DNA of 42,875 nt, taken from IMG/VR virus record IMGVR_UViG_3300048848_000017, positions 1 to 42,875 of that record. One strand, given 5' to 3'. Position 1 is the first letter of the stretch. Every line of letters starts with the position of its first letter. The translations under genes and the position numbers were made by a program. Below are positions 1 to 8,609 of this stretch, one piece after another. The DNA comes from a virus (taxonomy: Duplodnaviria; Caudoviricetes). Under the pieces are notes generated by a model. The model worked only from the letters and a program-made list of their open reading frames with translations. It searched no databases and had not been told where the DNA came from.

Positions 1-147
1 TTTCCCAGAGGACGCCGCCTCGTTTGCGGACTGTGCACCACCTGCCGGGACCACGACGCTCAGCCATGGGCGCACTCCCGAATCTGCTTGTCGATGGCCT
101 TCTCGTAGATGCAGTCGTCGCAGAGTTCGCCGCAGTTGATGCAGGTT
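1..147. repeat. Terminal direct repeat (circular assembly overlap), copy 1
   Basis: 1-147 matches 42729-42875 except at positions 19 and 21; 22-147 is an exact match. Confidence 0.95.
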
Positions 148-224
148 ACGAACGCGTGCATATCGCTGAGACAGTCGCTGTCGTTCTCGTCTTTGCCCCA
201 GACGCAAATACTTGGGTCGCTCAT
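60..224 (-). CDS. Small Cys-rich hypothetical protein (54 aa, MSDPSICVWG...CINCGELCDDC...)
   Basis: Hand-translated; ATGA overlap with the upstream ORF; below the ORF-track cutoff. Confidence 0.55.
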   Translation of the reverse strand: MSDPSICVWGKDENDSDCLSDMHAFVTCINCGELCDDCIYEKAIDKQIRECAHG

Positions 225-424
225 CGTGTGCCTCGCTTCACCGACTGATACGCCAACAACGACTTGTCCGCCACACCACGCTCCTGCACGTCGGCAGCCA
301 ACAGGGCTTGGGCGACACGCGGGATGGGGATGTTGAGGAGTGTGGCGATGGCGGGTGAGGGCCAGCCGTTGCGAAAAAGCCTTGCGATCGCGGTGGGTTC
401 GATCGGTTCAGGTCCGGGCATCAC
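221..424 (-). CDS. Small hypothetical protein, possibly HTH-like
   Basis: ORF with a GGGGAG RBS; segment IARLFRNGWPSPAIATLLNIP resembles an HTH. Confidence 0.5.
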   Translation of the reverse strand: MMPGPEPIEPTAIARLFRNGWPSPAIATLLNIPIPRVAQALLAADVQERGVADKSLLAYQSVKRGTR

Positions 425-445
425 ACACTCCCCAGGTACGACAAA

Positions 446-478
446 GGCGCGGCGTTCCCAATGGGAACATTCCGCGCC
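446..478 (-). terminator. Hairpin terminator
   Basis: GGCGCGG..GTTCCCA-A-TGGGAAC..CCGCGCC stem, followed by TTTGT on the minus strand. Confidence 0.55.
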
Positions 479-515
479 AACAGCGACAGCGTAGCACGCC
501 TACCGCACCGATCAA

Positions 516-1196
516 TCACGATGCAACCCTCCTCGGTTTGCGGGCGTGTCGATGATGCGCGTCGAGAACATCGCCAAGACGGTAGAACTTCGGGTCACCC
601 TTGATGAGAGACACGCACGGCCACAACGCTTTGTTGTAGTTCAGGGTCTCGACGCGGCGCTTGTTCAATCCTTTGCCGAGGTCTCCGAGCTTGGGTGCGA
701 TCTTCTCGATCTGTCCGGCCGTGAGGATCTGGCGGTTTGCCTTCTCGATGCGTGCCCGGTCGATCACCACTTCATCGTCGGGAGGCAGGTCGACCATGCG
801 TCGGCATCGGTCTATTGCGTCCCAGATGTCGGTGTAGGCGTCTTTGCTGCCTTCGGTCATGGCGAGGGCGACGATGTTGCGGGTCAGCCACGCGGACAGG
901 CTGATGAGGCTGTCGGTGCCTGAGTAGTCGATGCCTCGCGATTCGCAGGTGGCGCGGACCCAGGTTGCGAGGGTGTTGTGTAGTTCCCATTCGACGTCTG
1001 CTGCCCCGATGTGGAATGGGAGACGTGATTCCATGCGCTTGGGTCGGCGTGGGCTGCCGAGTCCGCGTTTAGTGATGGCGGATTGACGGGTTAGCGTGAT
1101 GGCGAGATCCTCGGCGAGGGATGGGATCTGGGAGAGCTTGTCACAGAGGGTGGATTGTTCGTTGCGGGGCATGTAGAAGTGATCGGCGTCTGTCAT
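516..1196 (-). CDS. Phage protein at the end of the early operon with a C-terminal HTH-like motif; candidate late-gene regulator
   Basis: 226-aa ORF ending ...FYRLGDVLDAH; its position precedes the late operon. Confidence 0.6.
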   Translation of the reverse strand: MTDADHFYMPRNEQSTLCDKLSQIPSLAEDLAITLTRQSAITKRGLGSPRRPKRMESRLPFHIGAADVEWELHNTLATWVRATCESRGIDYSGTDSLISLSAWLTRNIVALAMTEGSKDAYTDIWDAIDRCRRMVDLPPDDEVVIDRARIEKANRQILTAGQIEKIAPKLGDLGKGLNKRRVETLNYNKALWPCVSLIKGDPKFYRLGDVLDAHHRHARKPRRVAS

Positions 1197-1525
1197 GCGG
1201 ACGTTCCTGGCATAGGCTTCGGACCAATGCTGTCCCGGAGCTTCGTGAGGGCTTCACGTTCGGAAGCGAGATCCAGCTTCAGTGATTCGATGACGCCTTG
1301 GAGTTTCTCGACTTTCGCGGCGTGCTCACCCTCAGCCTTCCCGTGCTGTTTGTTGCGCGTCTCGGCATCTTTGACGAGGTGTGAGACCTTCATGGACGCG
1401 GCATTTTCACGTCTGTTGGCGTCCGCCAGTGACCCTTCAAGCTGTTCGACTCTGGCTTCGAGTTGGTTGACGTCCTCGCGGTAGACGCCGAGGAACGCTT
1501 GCATGGTGGTGTCGACGTCGTTCAC
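1193..1525 (-). CDS. Coiled-coil hypothetical protein
   Basis: Heptad-rich ORF; GTG start overlaps the upstream stop (GTGA). Confidence 0.65.
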   Translation of the reverse strand: MNDVDTTMQAFLGVYREDVNQLEARVEQLEGSLADANRRENAASMKVSHLVKDAETRNKQHGKAEGEHAAKVEKLQGVIESLKLDLASEREALTKLRDSIGPKPMPGTSA

Positions 1526-1698
1526 GCGCTTGCCTCCGCCCAGCATCGTCCAGCCTTATCCCGATGCGCCGACGCCTCCCGCAACAACCCCAACGTCCGA
1601 CCGAGCATCCGGTTCCGCCAACGCATCGCCTCACGCTCACACCGTTCGGCTTGGATCTCGTGGAAGTCGGCGCACGCCAACGCCTGCAACGGACTCAT
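1522..1698 (-). CDS. Hypothetical protein (58 aa, MSPLQALACADFHE...)
   Basis: Hand-translated; coupled by 4-nt overlaps at both ends. Confidence 0.5.
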   Translation of the reverse strand: MSPLQALACADFHEIQAERCEREAMRWRNRMLGRTLGLLREASAHRDKAGRCWAEASA

Positions 1699-2000
1699 TC
1701 GGCGCCACCACTCAAGAGCCGAACGTCAGTTGCCCTCGCCCAATTCGACTGCCACTGACCCGTAATGCGCGCCACCTCACGCGCCAAGGCTCCACGTTCG
1801 GAGGCCTGATACAGCAAGTGGGGCTGAATGAGTGCATCGATTGCTGCCAGCTTGGCTACCGCTGCATCGCGTTCATCGCGCACGACGTCGAAGCCTGTCG
1901 GCAGGTCAAGCGGTGTGTGTGACACCCATAGGACGCCGCAGACGCAGCAGGCGGCGTTCTTCTCGTCGGGTATGTACGCGTGCTTCGTCGTCTCGCTCAT
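1695..2000 (-). CDS. Hypothetical protein (MSETTKHAY..., CxxC)
   Basis: ORF with a GGGAG RBS and ATGA coupling. Confidence 0.6.
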   Translation of the reverse strand: MSETTKHAYIPDEKNAACCVCGVLWVSHTPLDLPTGFDVVRDERDAAVAKLAAIDALIQPHLLYQASERGALAREVARITGQWQSNWARATDVRLLSGGAE

Positions 2001-2128
2001 CGCTGCTCCCTCGCATCCCGCCGTAGCTGATCCCGTGCCGTGAACCCTGCCGCCACAATCCATCCGCCGGCGAGGGCCAGGAGGGTGCCGGTTGTGATCC
2101 AGATGGGGTACCACCGCACATCCCTCAT
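1997..2128 (-). CDS. Small single-pass membrane protein (43 aa)
   Basis: MRDVRWYPIWITTGTLLALAGGWIVAAGF...; coupled overlaps. Confidence 0.5.
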   Translation of the reverse strand: MRDVRWYPIWITTGTLLALAGGWIVAAGFTARDQLRRDAREQR

Positions 2129-2238
2129 AGGAGAACGCCGATCAGAATGCCGGCGACAACAGACAGGGCGATTGCCGCCATTGCTGCGATGTCAGGCAAT
2201 GTGCCCTGATCAATGCGTTCGAGGTCGTCGTCTCTCAC
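2125..2238 (-). CDS. Small single-pass membrane protein (37 aa)
   Basis: ...DIAAMAAIALSVVAGILIGVLL*; coupled overlaps. Confidence 0.5.
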   Translation of the reverse strand: MRDDDLERIDQGTLPDIAAMAAIALSVVAGILIGVLL

Positions 2239-2384
2239 GCTGCCACCTCCACGGCATCAGCGGGCAGTGTCTCGTGGGAGTCGACCCAGTACCCGTTGTG
2301 GTCGAGTTCGGCGTACAGGCACCGACCCTGCTGCTTCTTCGGGAGGGTGTGAATGCGGTTGCCGTTGGGGCGTTTCCAGCTCAT
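2235..2384 (-). CDS. Small hypothetical protein (MSWKRPNG...)
   Basis: GGAGG RBS; ATGA overlap with the resolvase stop. Confidence 0.5.
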   Translation of the reverse strand: MSWKRPNGNRIHTLPKKQQGRCLYAELDHNGYWVDSHETLPADAVEVAA

Positions 2385-2752
2385 ACCGTTTCCTCCAGCC
2401 GTTGGCCGGTCAGCATCGCCACCAACTCGCGGACGGTCATCGTCACCCACTGGTCGAGGGGGTCACCTTTGCCGTGGCGCTTGTGCACGATGGCTCCGGC
2501 GAGGGCGCCGTCGTTGCCTCGCTCGGCGTCGGTCTCGGCCATCCACCCGCCGAGGTTGATGCGGCTGGTGTTTTTGCATTCGAGGACGAGGCGTTGGCCG
2601 TGGAGTCGGACGCCTGCGATGTCGCCGCGGTCTTTGGCGCCGGTTTTGACGCGGCGGTCGATGCGGTCGTCGACGTGTTCGGCGAGGCTGTTGGCGATGG
2701 ATCGTTCGAAGCTGGTTCCGGCTTTGCGGGCTGTTGCGCGAGTGCGGGTCAT
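2381..2752 (-). CDS. Holliday junction resolvase (PD-(D/E)xK type)
   Basis: KAGTSFER...DRGDI...VLECKN motifs typical of actinophage resolvases. Confidence 0.8.
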   Translation of the reverse strand: MTRTRATARKAGTSFERSIANSLAEHVDDRIDRRVKTGAKDRGDIAGVRLHGQRLVLECKNTSRINLGGWMAETDAERGNDGALAGAIVHKRHGKGDPLDQWVTMTVRELVAMLTGQRLEETV

Positions 2753-2867
2753 AACCAAATCCTTCGGTCGAGCCCCATTGCCGTGGAGCTTTGCACACCA
2801 GCATACACCCACGCTTGCGCGCACGCCACAACCATGGCACACGAGCGCAGGCGTAACAAAACCCAGC

Positions 2868-3287
2868 TCACGAGGCATCGGAGAGTTGTTTGCGGTGGTC
2901 ACAGCGTGCGACAGCTTCGCCGATGTCGATGAATCCGTTGGGGTCGCAGTCGGTGCACGCTTCGATGGCTTGTCGCGCCGGGTCGAGCTTTCGAACGTCG
3001 GTGTGGCCTGCGTTTTTCTCCTTCTCGGCGCGTTGTCGTCGCAGTTCACGGGCGGGTTTGATGATGTCGGATGGCAGGGTGCGGTTGGTTTTGTCGCGGC
3101 TGTCGTCGGCGAAGTAGCGGATGACAGCCTCGAGGAGGTCGGGGCGTTGCAGGGCATGGACTTTGAAGCATTCTGCCCAGGTGATTGCCATGGCGGCGTC
3201 GGGTTTGGCTGCCCATTGGTCGGCGGTGGCGATTTTGCCGAGGATGATTGCGGCGGTTTCGATTTCGGTTTGTGTTGGGGGGTTCAT
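2868..3287 (-). CDS. Replication accessory protein (helicase loader/inhibitor-like, C-terminal CxxC)
   Basis: Directly downstream of the initiator; AITWAE...LLEAVIRYF...LPSDI pattern; CTDC. Confidence 0.55.
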   Translation of the reverse strand: MNPPTQTEIETAAIILGKIATADQWAAKPDAAMAITWAECFKVHALQRPDLLEAVIRYFADDSRDKTNRTLPSDIIKPARELRRQRAEKEKNAGHTDVRKLDPARQAIEACTDCDPNGFIDIGEAVARCDHRKQLSDAS

Positions 3288-4132
3288 TCGATGGCTCGCT
3301 GTTCGTTCATGAGTTGGTTGGCTTGGTTGGCGATGTTGAGCCAGCCTTGGGCTTTGGTGGTGGCGGCTCCGACTCCGGGGGTGGGTGCTCGGGAGCGGAT
3401 GACGTCGGACAGCAGGTGTGGGAGGGTTCGGGGGCCGAGGTTGGGTTTGGTGAGCCAGAGTTCGAGGGTTGCGCGTACGTCGTCTTCGGGTGTGCCGGCG
3501 ACGAGCATTGCTGATGCTTCGAGGGCGAGGGCGGTTTTGGTGGCTTGGGAGTGTTCGCGGGGGACGACGTTTCGGATGATGGTCCAGGCGTCGATGGGGA
3601 CGGCGGGTCCGCGGCGTTCGTCGTCGGGCGCGTTACTTACGTGAGGTGTGTTCTCTACGTAAGTAGAGATGTCTTTGTTCTTGTTACTGTTACTGTGCCG
3701 TTCGGACTTCACGCGTGATGTGTGCGACTGTCGTACGACTTTTTCGGGTTTTTGGCGTCGTTCTGCTGCTGCTTCTCGGTCGCGGTTTCGCTTTCTGAGC
3801 TGGGCTTCCATCGGTGCTTGCCACTTGTCCCAGCGTGGGAAAAAGTAGGTAACGGATTGGTCTCTTTTGCTCGCGTTTTGTTTGAGAAACGTTCGCGTTT
3901 TGATTTCGTTTTGTTCGCATTCTTTCAGCATTCCGCTGGCGAGGAGTTCTTCTGTGCGTCGTGCGACGGTGGTGAGGCCGAGTTTGTGGAGGGATGGTCC
4001 AGGGATTTCGCCGCTGGTTTCGTTGTCTGCGCACCATGCCATTGCGCGGAGTGCGAGCATCTGTGCGCGCTCTGAGACGCCTTCGTTGTCGAGGTCGATG
4101 TAGAACTTTGACGACACTGCGAACCACTCCAT
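3284..4132 (-). CDS. Replication initiator protein (RepA-like)
   Basis: N-terminal WF..., AWCADNETSGEIP, basic linker, C-terminal helical domain; internal A/T-rich repeats. Confidence 0.7.
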   Translation of the reverse strand: MEWFAVSSKFYIDLDNEGVSERAQMLALRAMAWCADNETSGEIPGPSLHKLGLTTVARRTEELLASGMLKECEQNEIKTRTFLKQNASKRDQSVTYFFPRWDKWQAPMEAQLRKRNRDREAAAERRQKPEKVVRQSHTSRVKSERHSNSNKNKDISTYVENTPHVSNAPDDERRGPAVPIDAWTIIRNVVPREHSQATKTALALEASAMLVAGTPEDDVRATLELWLTKPNLGPRTLPHLLSDVIRSRAPTPGVGAATTKAQGWLNIANQANQLMNEQRAIE

Positions 4133-4474
4133 TTAGGCCACCTCCAACGTTCTGTCGTAGCGGCGGATGGCGCGGTCGATGAGGTTGTTGCCGAGGTGTT
4201 GGTCTGCTCGCGCTTGGGCCTCTGGCGTGGCGTGAACGTACAAGTCGGCGATGGTGATGGATGAGACCCGTAGGTGGCGATCTGGGGCGACGTAGGCGGG
4301 GTCTGCGACGCGGAGGACGTGGTGGATGGGGAGCGTGACGGTGAGGCCTGCGGGTGGGGCGATGATGCCGGGTGGGCAGAGGGTGATTTGTTGTCCGAGG
4401 AGGGTGACCCATTGGCCGGCGATCCAGTGGCCGAGTGGTGTGGTGACGGATTGGGTGAGCTGGGCTTGGGTCAT
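4133..4474 (-). CDS. Hypothetical protein
   Basis: 113-aa ORF in the operon. Confidence 0.6.
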   Translation of the reverse strand: MTQAQLTQSVTTPLGHWIAGQWVTLLGQQITLCPPGIIAPPAGLTVTLPIHHVLRVADPAYVAPDRHLRVSSITIADLYVHATPEAQARADQHLGNNLIDRAIRRYDRTLEVA

Positions 4475-4923
4475 GTGAGGACTCCGTTGCGTTGGAGTCG
4501 TTTGGCGATGGCGTTGGTCGTGGTGCCGAGGCGTGCTGCGATTTTGTCGTCGGTCCAGCCGAAGCCTTTGAAGTGGTGGTATTCGGTGAGGATGTGGTGG
4601 AGGTCGTCATCTTCGGGGGGCGGGGGTGTTGTTGTGGTGGTGGGTGTTCGGTGTCGGGCGCAGTGGGCGTTGTTGCGTGGGAGGCGTGGGCATCCGGGGT
4701 GTTGGCAGTGGGGTGGGAGTGGGTTGCGGGTCCAGCGGTAGTGGACGTCGCAGAGGTTGTTGGCTTTGTGTTTGTTGTCGCAGTCGACGTACATGCATCC
4801 GGTGGCGCGTGTTGGTGCGGTGAGTGTTCCGTAGCGTTGAAGGCGTCGGCGGTGCATGTCGCAGTAGTCGCGGCATCGGCTGTTGTTGGTGCATCCGGGG
4901 GCGGTGCAGCGGAGTGGAGTCAT
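4471..4923 (-). CDS. Cys/His-repeat (Zn-binding) protein with C-terminal HTH
   Basis: Three C-x4-C...C-x2-H units; WTDDKIAARLGTTTNAIAKRL. Confidence 0.65.
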   Translation of the reverse strand: MTPLRCTAPGCTNNSRCRDYCDMHRRRLQRYGTLTAPTRATGCMYVDCDNKHKANNLCDVHYRWTRNPLPPHCQHPGCPRLPRNNAHCARHRTPTTTTTPPPPEDDDLHHILTEYHHFKGFGWTDDKIAARLGTTTNAIAKRLQRNGVLT

Positions 4924-5126
4924 GATGCGGCTCCTTGGGGTTCCCAGGCGGGGGTGTTGTCTGCGTAGGCTTCGAGGTCTGCTCGTTTGAACATGACTTG
5001 TCGTGCGCCTTCTCGGTAGGCGGGGATGTCGCCGGCGGCTACGCGGCGGTCGAGGGTTTTTTCGCTGATGGCGAGGAATGCTGCGGCTTGTTGTTTGGTG
5101 AGGCGGTAGGGGGTGATGTCAGGCAT
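4920..5126 (-). CDS. Excisionase-family HTH DNA-binding protein
   Basis: LTKQQAAAFLAISEKTLDRRVAAGDIPAYR...FKRADLEAY is a typical MerR-like/Xis HTH. Confidence 0.75.
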   Translation of the reverse strand: MPDITPYRLTKQQAAAFLAISEKTLDRRVAAGDIPAYREGARQVMFKRADLEAYADNTPAWEPQGAAS

Positions 5127-5487
5127 GGCGGGTTCCCTTCCAGATGCGGATGACGGAGCCGTGTCGGCTTGGTCGTGTTGGTTTGGTCCAACCGATAGCG
5201 CGGATTCGGTTCGTGCGTGATGCTGCTCCGAACATGGCGGGTAGCAGGTTTGGGTGCAGATCGAGCCATGCGCAGGTTTCCGGAGGGAGGTTTGTTCGCA
5301 CATCTTCAGCGGTGAAACCTGAGCGGCCTAGGTATTCGCGAACTAAAACGCTGGGGTATTTCCGCGTGTAATAGATGAGCGCCTCAAAGTGCTCCCTGAC
5401 TACATCCAGGTGCCGAATGTGTCCGGCAACGGCGGCCGCGAGTGTGGTGTCTTGGCCGTCGATGGCGAGTTGCTGTCCTGTGGTCAT
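5119..5487 (-). CDS. Hypothetical phage protein
   Basis: 122-aa ORF with an AGGAGGAG RBS. Confidence 0.7.
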   Translation of the reverse strand: MTTGQQLAIDGQDTTLAAAVAGHIRHLDVVREHFEALIYYTRKYPSVLVREYLGRSGFTAEDVRTNLPPETCAWLDLHPNLLPAMFGAASRTNRIRAIGWTKPTRPSRHGSVIRIWKGTRHA

Positions 5488-5723
5488 GCTTCTCTCCTCC
5501 TGGGTGTGGTGATTTGGTCTCGGGTTGCGTGCCCGCGTCTGACTGCGGTCGGGGTGTGCCCGATGTGCCAGAGGGCTGAGTTGTAGTGGCAGCGGTACGC
5601 GGACATGTGGTCGGAGTCCGCGATGTGCCGCAACACCTTCCGAGCGCGTTTGCGGGAGCTGTACGAACGCTTCCCACAGTCGGGGCAGGTGTGCCAGGCG
5701 ATGGCGTCGAGCTGCCCGGTCAT
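5484..5723 (-). CDS. Zn-finger-like protein
   Basis: CPDCGKRSY...AYRC...WHIGH motif. Confidence 0.65.
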   Translation of the reverse strand: MTGQLDAIAWHTCPDCGKRSYSSRKRARKVLRHIADSDHMSAYRCHYNSALWHIGHTPTAVRRGHATRDQITTPRRREA

Positions 5724-5830
5724 GACAGCCACCAGATGAGGCCGGCGGGTACCCAGACGGTGGCGATGGACCAGGCGAGGCCGTACACCACTCCTCGGGA
5801 TGCGTTGAGGTCGTCGGGTTCGGGGATCAT
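5720..5830 (-). CDS. Small membrane protein (36 aa)
   Basis: MIPEPDDLNASRGVVYGLAWSIATVWVPAGLIWWLS; ATGA overlaps at both ends. Confidence 0.55.
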   Translation of the reverse strand: MIPEPDDLNASRGVVYGLAWSIATVWVPAGLIWWLS

Positions 5831-6651
5831 GCGTCGACCACTTCGGCGTTGAGGACGTCGGTCAGCGTCTGCTCAGCTTCTTCGGGTGTCGGTTCCGGTG
5901 CGGCGAGTGCTGCGACTCGGTCAGCGCACGCCGCGATCAGGTCGTCGGCGTCTGCGCCAAAGTTGCGTTGCAGCCAGTCCGCGATCTTCTCGACCTTCTC
6001 CATGGTGTCTGCATTGGCGATGGCGTCGGCCGTGTTCGCGGGGATCTGCGGCTTCTCGTCCGGCACCTCCAGCGGCTTCGACTGAGGCTCGGTACGTGGC
6101 GGCTGCGCGGTCGTTATGACTGCGGGCGTGCCGTCTTCGGCGACGTTGGCGCCGATCTCTTCTGGCGTATAGATCACGCCGTAGAGGGCGTCGGATGCCC
6201 ACATGCGTGCGGCCTCGGTGATGGCGCGGGACCGAAGCATGGCGCCGGGGTAGTTCGTCCACGGCCCCTTGGCGCCCCACTTACCCGCCTTGCGCGCCTT
6301 AGCCTCATCCCAGCGGATCGGCTTCGGCACATAGTCGGGATCGTCAGCCCGGATGATGACGGCCTCTGCGTAGGTGTCGTCACCTTCGACGCGGAGCTTA
6401 TGGCCGGCGCGGCGCACGAGGTTGGCGATCAGGTCGGCCGACGCGGTGGGCTTTCCGTCGATCACGTGAATGGACGTGAGAGCGGTGATGCGTGGAATGC
6501 CAAGGGTGTCTGCGTATTCGACGGCGAGGAGGAGGTTGGCGGGGTTGTTCTGGTACGCCCTGGGGAGCATGGACGCCGACGACAGAGCTTTGGAGAACTC
6601 CATCTTTTCGGCGAGGGTGCCGGACGTGTGTTGCGCTATCTCGGTGCTCAT
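5827..6651 (-). CDS. RecT-like ssDNA annealing protein
   Basis: LPRAYQNNPANLL...IHVIDGKP...WTNYPGAML motifs; adjacent to the exonuclease. Confidence 0.8.
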   Translation of the reverse strand: MSTEIAQHTSGTLAEKMEFSKALSSASMLPRAYQNNPANLLLAVEYADTLGIPRITALTSIHVIDGKPTASADLIANLVRRAGHKLRVEGDDTYAEAVIIRADDPDYVPKPIRWDEAKARKAGKWGAKGPWTNYPGAMLRSRAITEAARMWASDALYGVIYTPEEIGANVAEDGTPAVITTAQPPRTEPQSKPLEVPDEKPQIPANTADAIANADTMEKVEKIADWLQRNFGADADDLIAACADRVAALAAPEPTPEEAEQTLTDVLNAEVVDA

Positions 6652-7595
6652 GCTGCGGTCGCTTTCGGGTTGAGTAGTTCGGCTGCCTTGTCGGCCAGAC
6701 CTTTCGAGGCCGCGAAGGTGGGTGGGTTGTCGCCCTTGCCGTTGCGGCGCGTGCCCAACGTGGTGCCGTTCCAGGACGCTGCTTTGCCGTCGCCCACGAA
6801 CTTGGCGACCTCGGCCGACCACCGGGCCTTGTCCCCTTCGATGCGTTTCGTCTCCGACAGCGCGGTCAGGTACGGGATAGCGATCTCGTCAGGGACGTCC
6901 ACGGGCGGCGTGTCTGAGACGGTGGGGTGTTGGAAGCGGATCGCGAGCCGGTCGGGTTCGGTCGTCAGATCCTCGTCCGGTGCGATGTCCAGCTCCAGGC
7001 TTTCGGTGAACCGGAGTGCCGCTTCCCGTAGTCGTGCCGTGGCCTGCGGGTCGTAGGTGATGACATACTCCTTGGGCCGGCGGTCGAATAGTTCGAATGG
7101 GCCGCACACCGCGAAGATGACTGTGTCGATGCCGAGGGTGTCCATCTGCCACTGCGCCTGGCACTGGTAGTAGGACGGGACGCCGTCGTTCCAGTCGCGC
7201 AAGTCGTTGGCGGTTTTGATCTCCAACAGGGCGGTCGGTTCCTGCGGCGGCATGATCTGCCCTCCGTCCGGGATCAACAGCGCGTCGGGGTTGGCGGTCT
7301 GCCACGTACGGAGGTTGTGCTGCCACGTCCCCGTCTCCGCAACAATCCACTCGGGGTGCGAGGCGGCGTACCAGCGGCGGATGAGCGGTTCGAACTCGTG
7401 GCCTCTCCCCTGCGCGTCCGTCTGCTCCGGGGCGGGCATCCGGCCCTGCTTCTTCATCCACAGCGAGAACGGTGTCTCCCACTGCGGCGGGGTCAGTCCG
7501 ACGATGGTGGCGATCTGCGACGCCGACACCGTTTGCAACCACTCCGGCGAGCCGGGTTCGAGGTCGACGTCGAGTTTGTGTCCTGTGAGGGTCAT
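6648..7595 (-). CDS. YqaJ/RecE-like (lambda-exo family) exonuclease
   Basis: SPEW...SASQIA...GHEFEP...ANPDA...LEIKT...YQCQAQWQM motifs. Confidence 0.9.
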   Translation of the reverse strand: MTLTGHKLDVDLEPGSPEWLQTVSASQIATIVGLTPPQWETPFSLWMKKQGRMPAPEQTDAQGRGHEFEPLIRRWYAASHPEWIVAETGTWQHNLRTWQTANPDALLIPDGGQIMPPQEPTALLEIKTANDLRDWNDGVPSYYQCQAQWQMDTLGIDTVIFAVCGPFELFDRRPKEYVITYDPQATARLREAALRFTESLELDIAPDEDLTTEPDRLAIRFQHPTVSDTPPVDVPDEIAIPYLTALSETKRIEGDKARWSAEVAKFVGDGKAASWNGTTLGTRRNGKGDNPPTFAASKGLADKAAELLNPKATAA

Positions 7596-7765
7596 GCGGG
7601 GAACTCCTTGCGGATGTAGGCGGTAGCTTCGCCGAGGGAATCGAAGATGTGGAAGTCGCCACCGGGGAGGTTGGTCACTGCCCAGAGCGGACCGTTCTTG
7701 TTGTCCTGCCAGCCGTCGTGACTGATGCGGGGCTTAAACACGGAGGGTGGGCAGTCGAAGACCAT
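7592..7765 (-). CDS. Small hypothetical protein (MVFDCPPS...)
   Basis: Coupled ORF in the early operon. Confidence 0.55.
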   Translation of the reverse strand: MVFDCPPSVFKPRISHDGWQDNKNGPLWAVTNLPGGDFHIFDSLGEATAYIRKEFPA

Positions 7766-7866
7766 CACCGACCACCTGCCAGGACGTAGCAGACGAATCC
7801 CATGAGGGCGCCGGCGATGACGATCCAGAACCAGGCGTGGACTTCTTGCCAGTCGATGTCGTTCAT
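7765..7866 (-). CDS. Small membrane protein (33 aa)
   Basis: MNDIDWQEVHAWFWIVIAGALMGFVCYVLAGGR. Confidence 0.55.
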   Translation of the reverse strand: MNDIDWQEVHAWFWIVIAGALMGFVCYVLAGGR

Positions 7867-8009
7867 GACGCTGCTCCGTAGAGGGCGTCGAGGCGGGCGT
7901 TCTCGCGGTCCCAGTAGGCGTCGTCCGCTTCCCGGCCACCCTCGATCGCGCAATACGATTCGTGGCTTCCGCCGGCCAGCTCGTCGGCTAGGCCGCATGT
8001 GCACCTCAC
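7863..8009 (-). CDS. Small hypothetical protein (48 aa, MRCTCGLADEL...)
   Basis: Hand-translated; GTGA and ATGA overlaps. Confidence 0.5.
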   Translation of the reverse strand: MRCTCGLADELAGGSHESYCAIEGGREADDAYWDRENARLDALYGAAS

Positions 8010-8302
8010 AGCCGATCACCGGCCAACACGCTCATGTACTTCTGCTGCTCCTCGATGACCGCGGCGTGGCGGCTCTGGATCTCCAGCGGCATGTCAGCGA
8101 TGAGCCGGCCGACCGTGGTGGTCAGCAAGGCCATGGCGTCGTTGATCGCTTCCCATGCCATCGCTTCGCGTTCCTTCTGCGCTTCGGCCATTGCGGTCTC
8201 CCACTGGGCGGTCGCCAACGCTTCAGCGTCGGGCGATTCGGCGTCGACCACGGTCAGCCACACCTCGTCGGCGCGGCGTTCTGCGGTAGTCTTGATGTGC
8301 AT
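8006..8302 (-). CDS. Hypothetical helical protein (MHIKTT...)
   Basis: AAGGAG RBS; first gene after the cro-like gene. Confidence 0.65.
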   Translation of the reverse strand: MHIKTTAERRADEVWLTVVDAESPDAEALATAQWETAMAEAQKEREAMAWEAINDAMALLTTTVGRLIADMPLEIQSRHAAVIEEQQKYMSVLAGDRL

Positions 8303-8334
8303 TTGCGGTTCTCCTTCGGTCCCGTGGATGTGTC

Positions 8335-8367
8335 GCCAGTCCCGTTGCCGCGGGGCTGGCATTTTTT
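8335..8367 (+). terminator. Intrinsic terminator-like hairpin with T6 tail on the plus strand
   Basis: GCCAGTCCCG...CGGGGCTGGC followed by ATTTTTT. Confidence 0.5.
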
Positions 8368-8371
8368 GTGC

Positions 8372-8602
8372 CTATGCCGCTTTGTCGACGACCTCGAACA
8401 GGTCGTAGAAGTCGAGGTGCGGGAAGGCTTTGAGTAGTGCGGCGATGAACTGTTCGCCGGGTGCCGTGTGGCCGAGGAGGACTCGGCTGACGGTGGATTC
8501 GTTGACTTTCATTCGGCGGGCGAGGTCTCGTTTGGTGTCGAGATTGCTCATGCCCATGTACTTGAGGAGTTGTGTTTCGCGTAGGCGGATGGTGGCTGTC
8601 AT
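8372..8602 (-). CDS. Cro-like HTH protein
   Basis: DLARRMKVNESTVSRV HTH; AAAGGAGGT RBS; divergent from the repressor. Confidence 0.8.
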   Translation of the reverse strand: MTATIRLRETQLLKYMGMSNLDTKRDLARRMKVNESTVSRVLLGHTAPGEQFIAALLKAFPHLDFYDLFEVVDKAA

Positions 8603-8609
8603 GTCACCT

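Noticed and set aside
1-147. Terminal repeat as a biological DTR, or its two mismatches (19, 21) as programmed variation
   Set aside because: It falls mid-gene, has the length of an assembler overlap, and the mismatches are at the contig edge; most likely an artifact or minor variant.
2040-3644. Long plus-strand ORFs (534 aa here; also 5968-7056, 18405-19700, 38238-39455)
   Set aside because: Antisense shadows of high-GC genes with no motifs or RBS.
7084-7096. TCGAATAGTTCGA as a second SOS box
   Set aside because: Wrong half-site spacing, and it lies inside the exonuclease gene.
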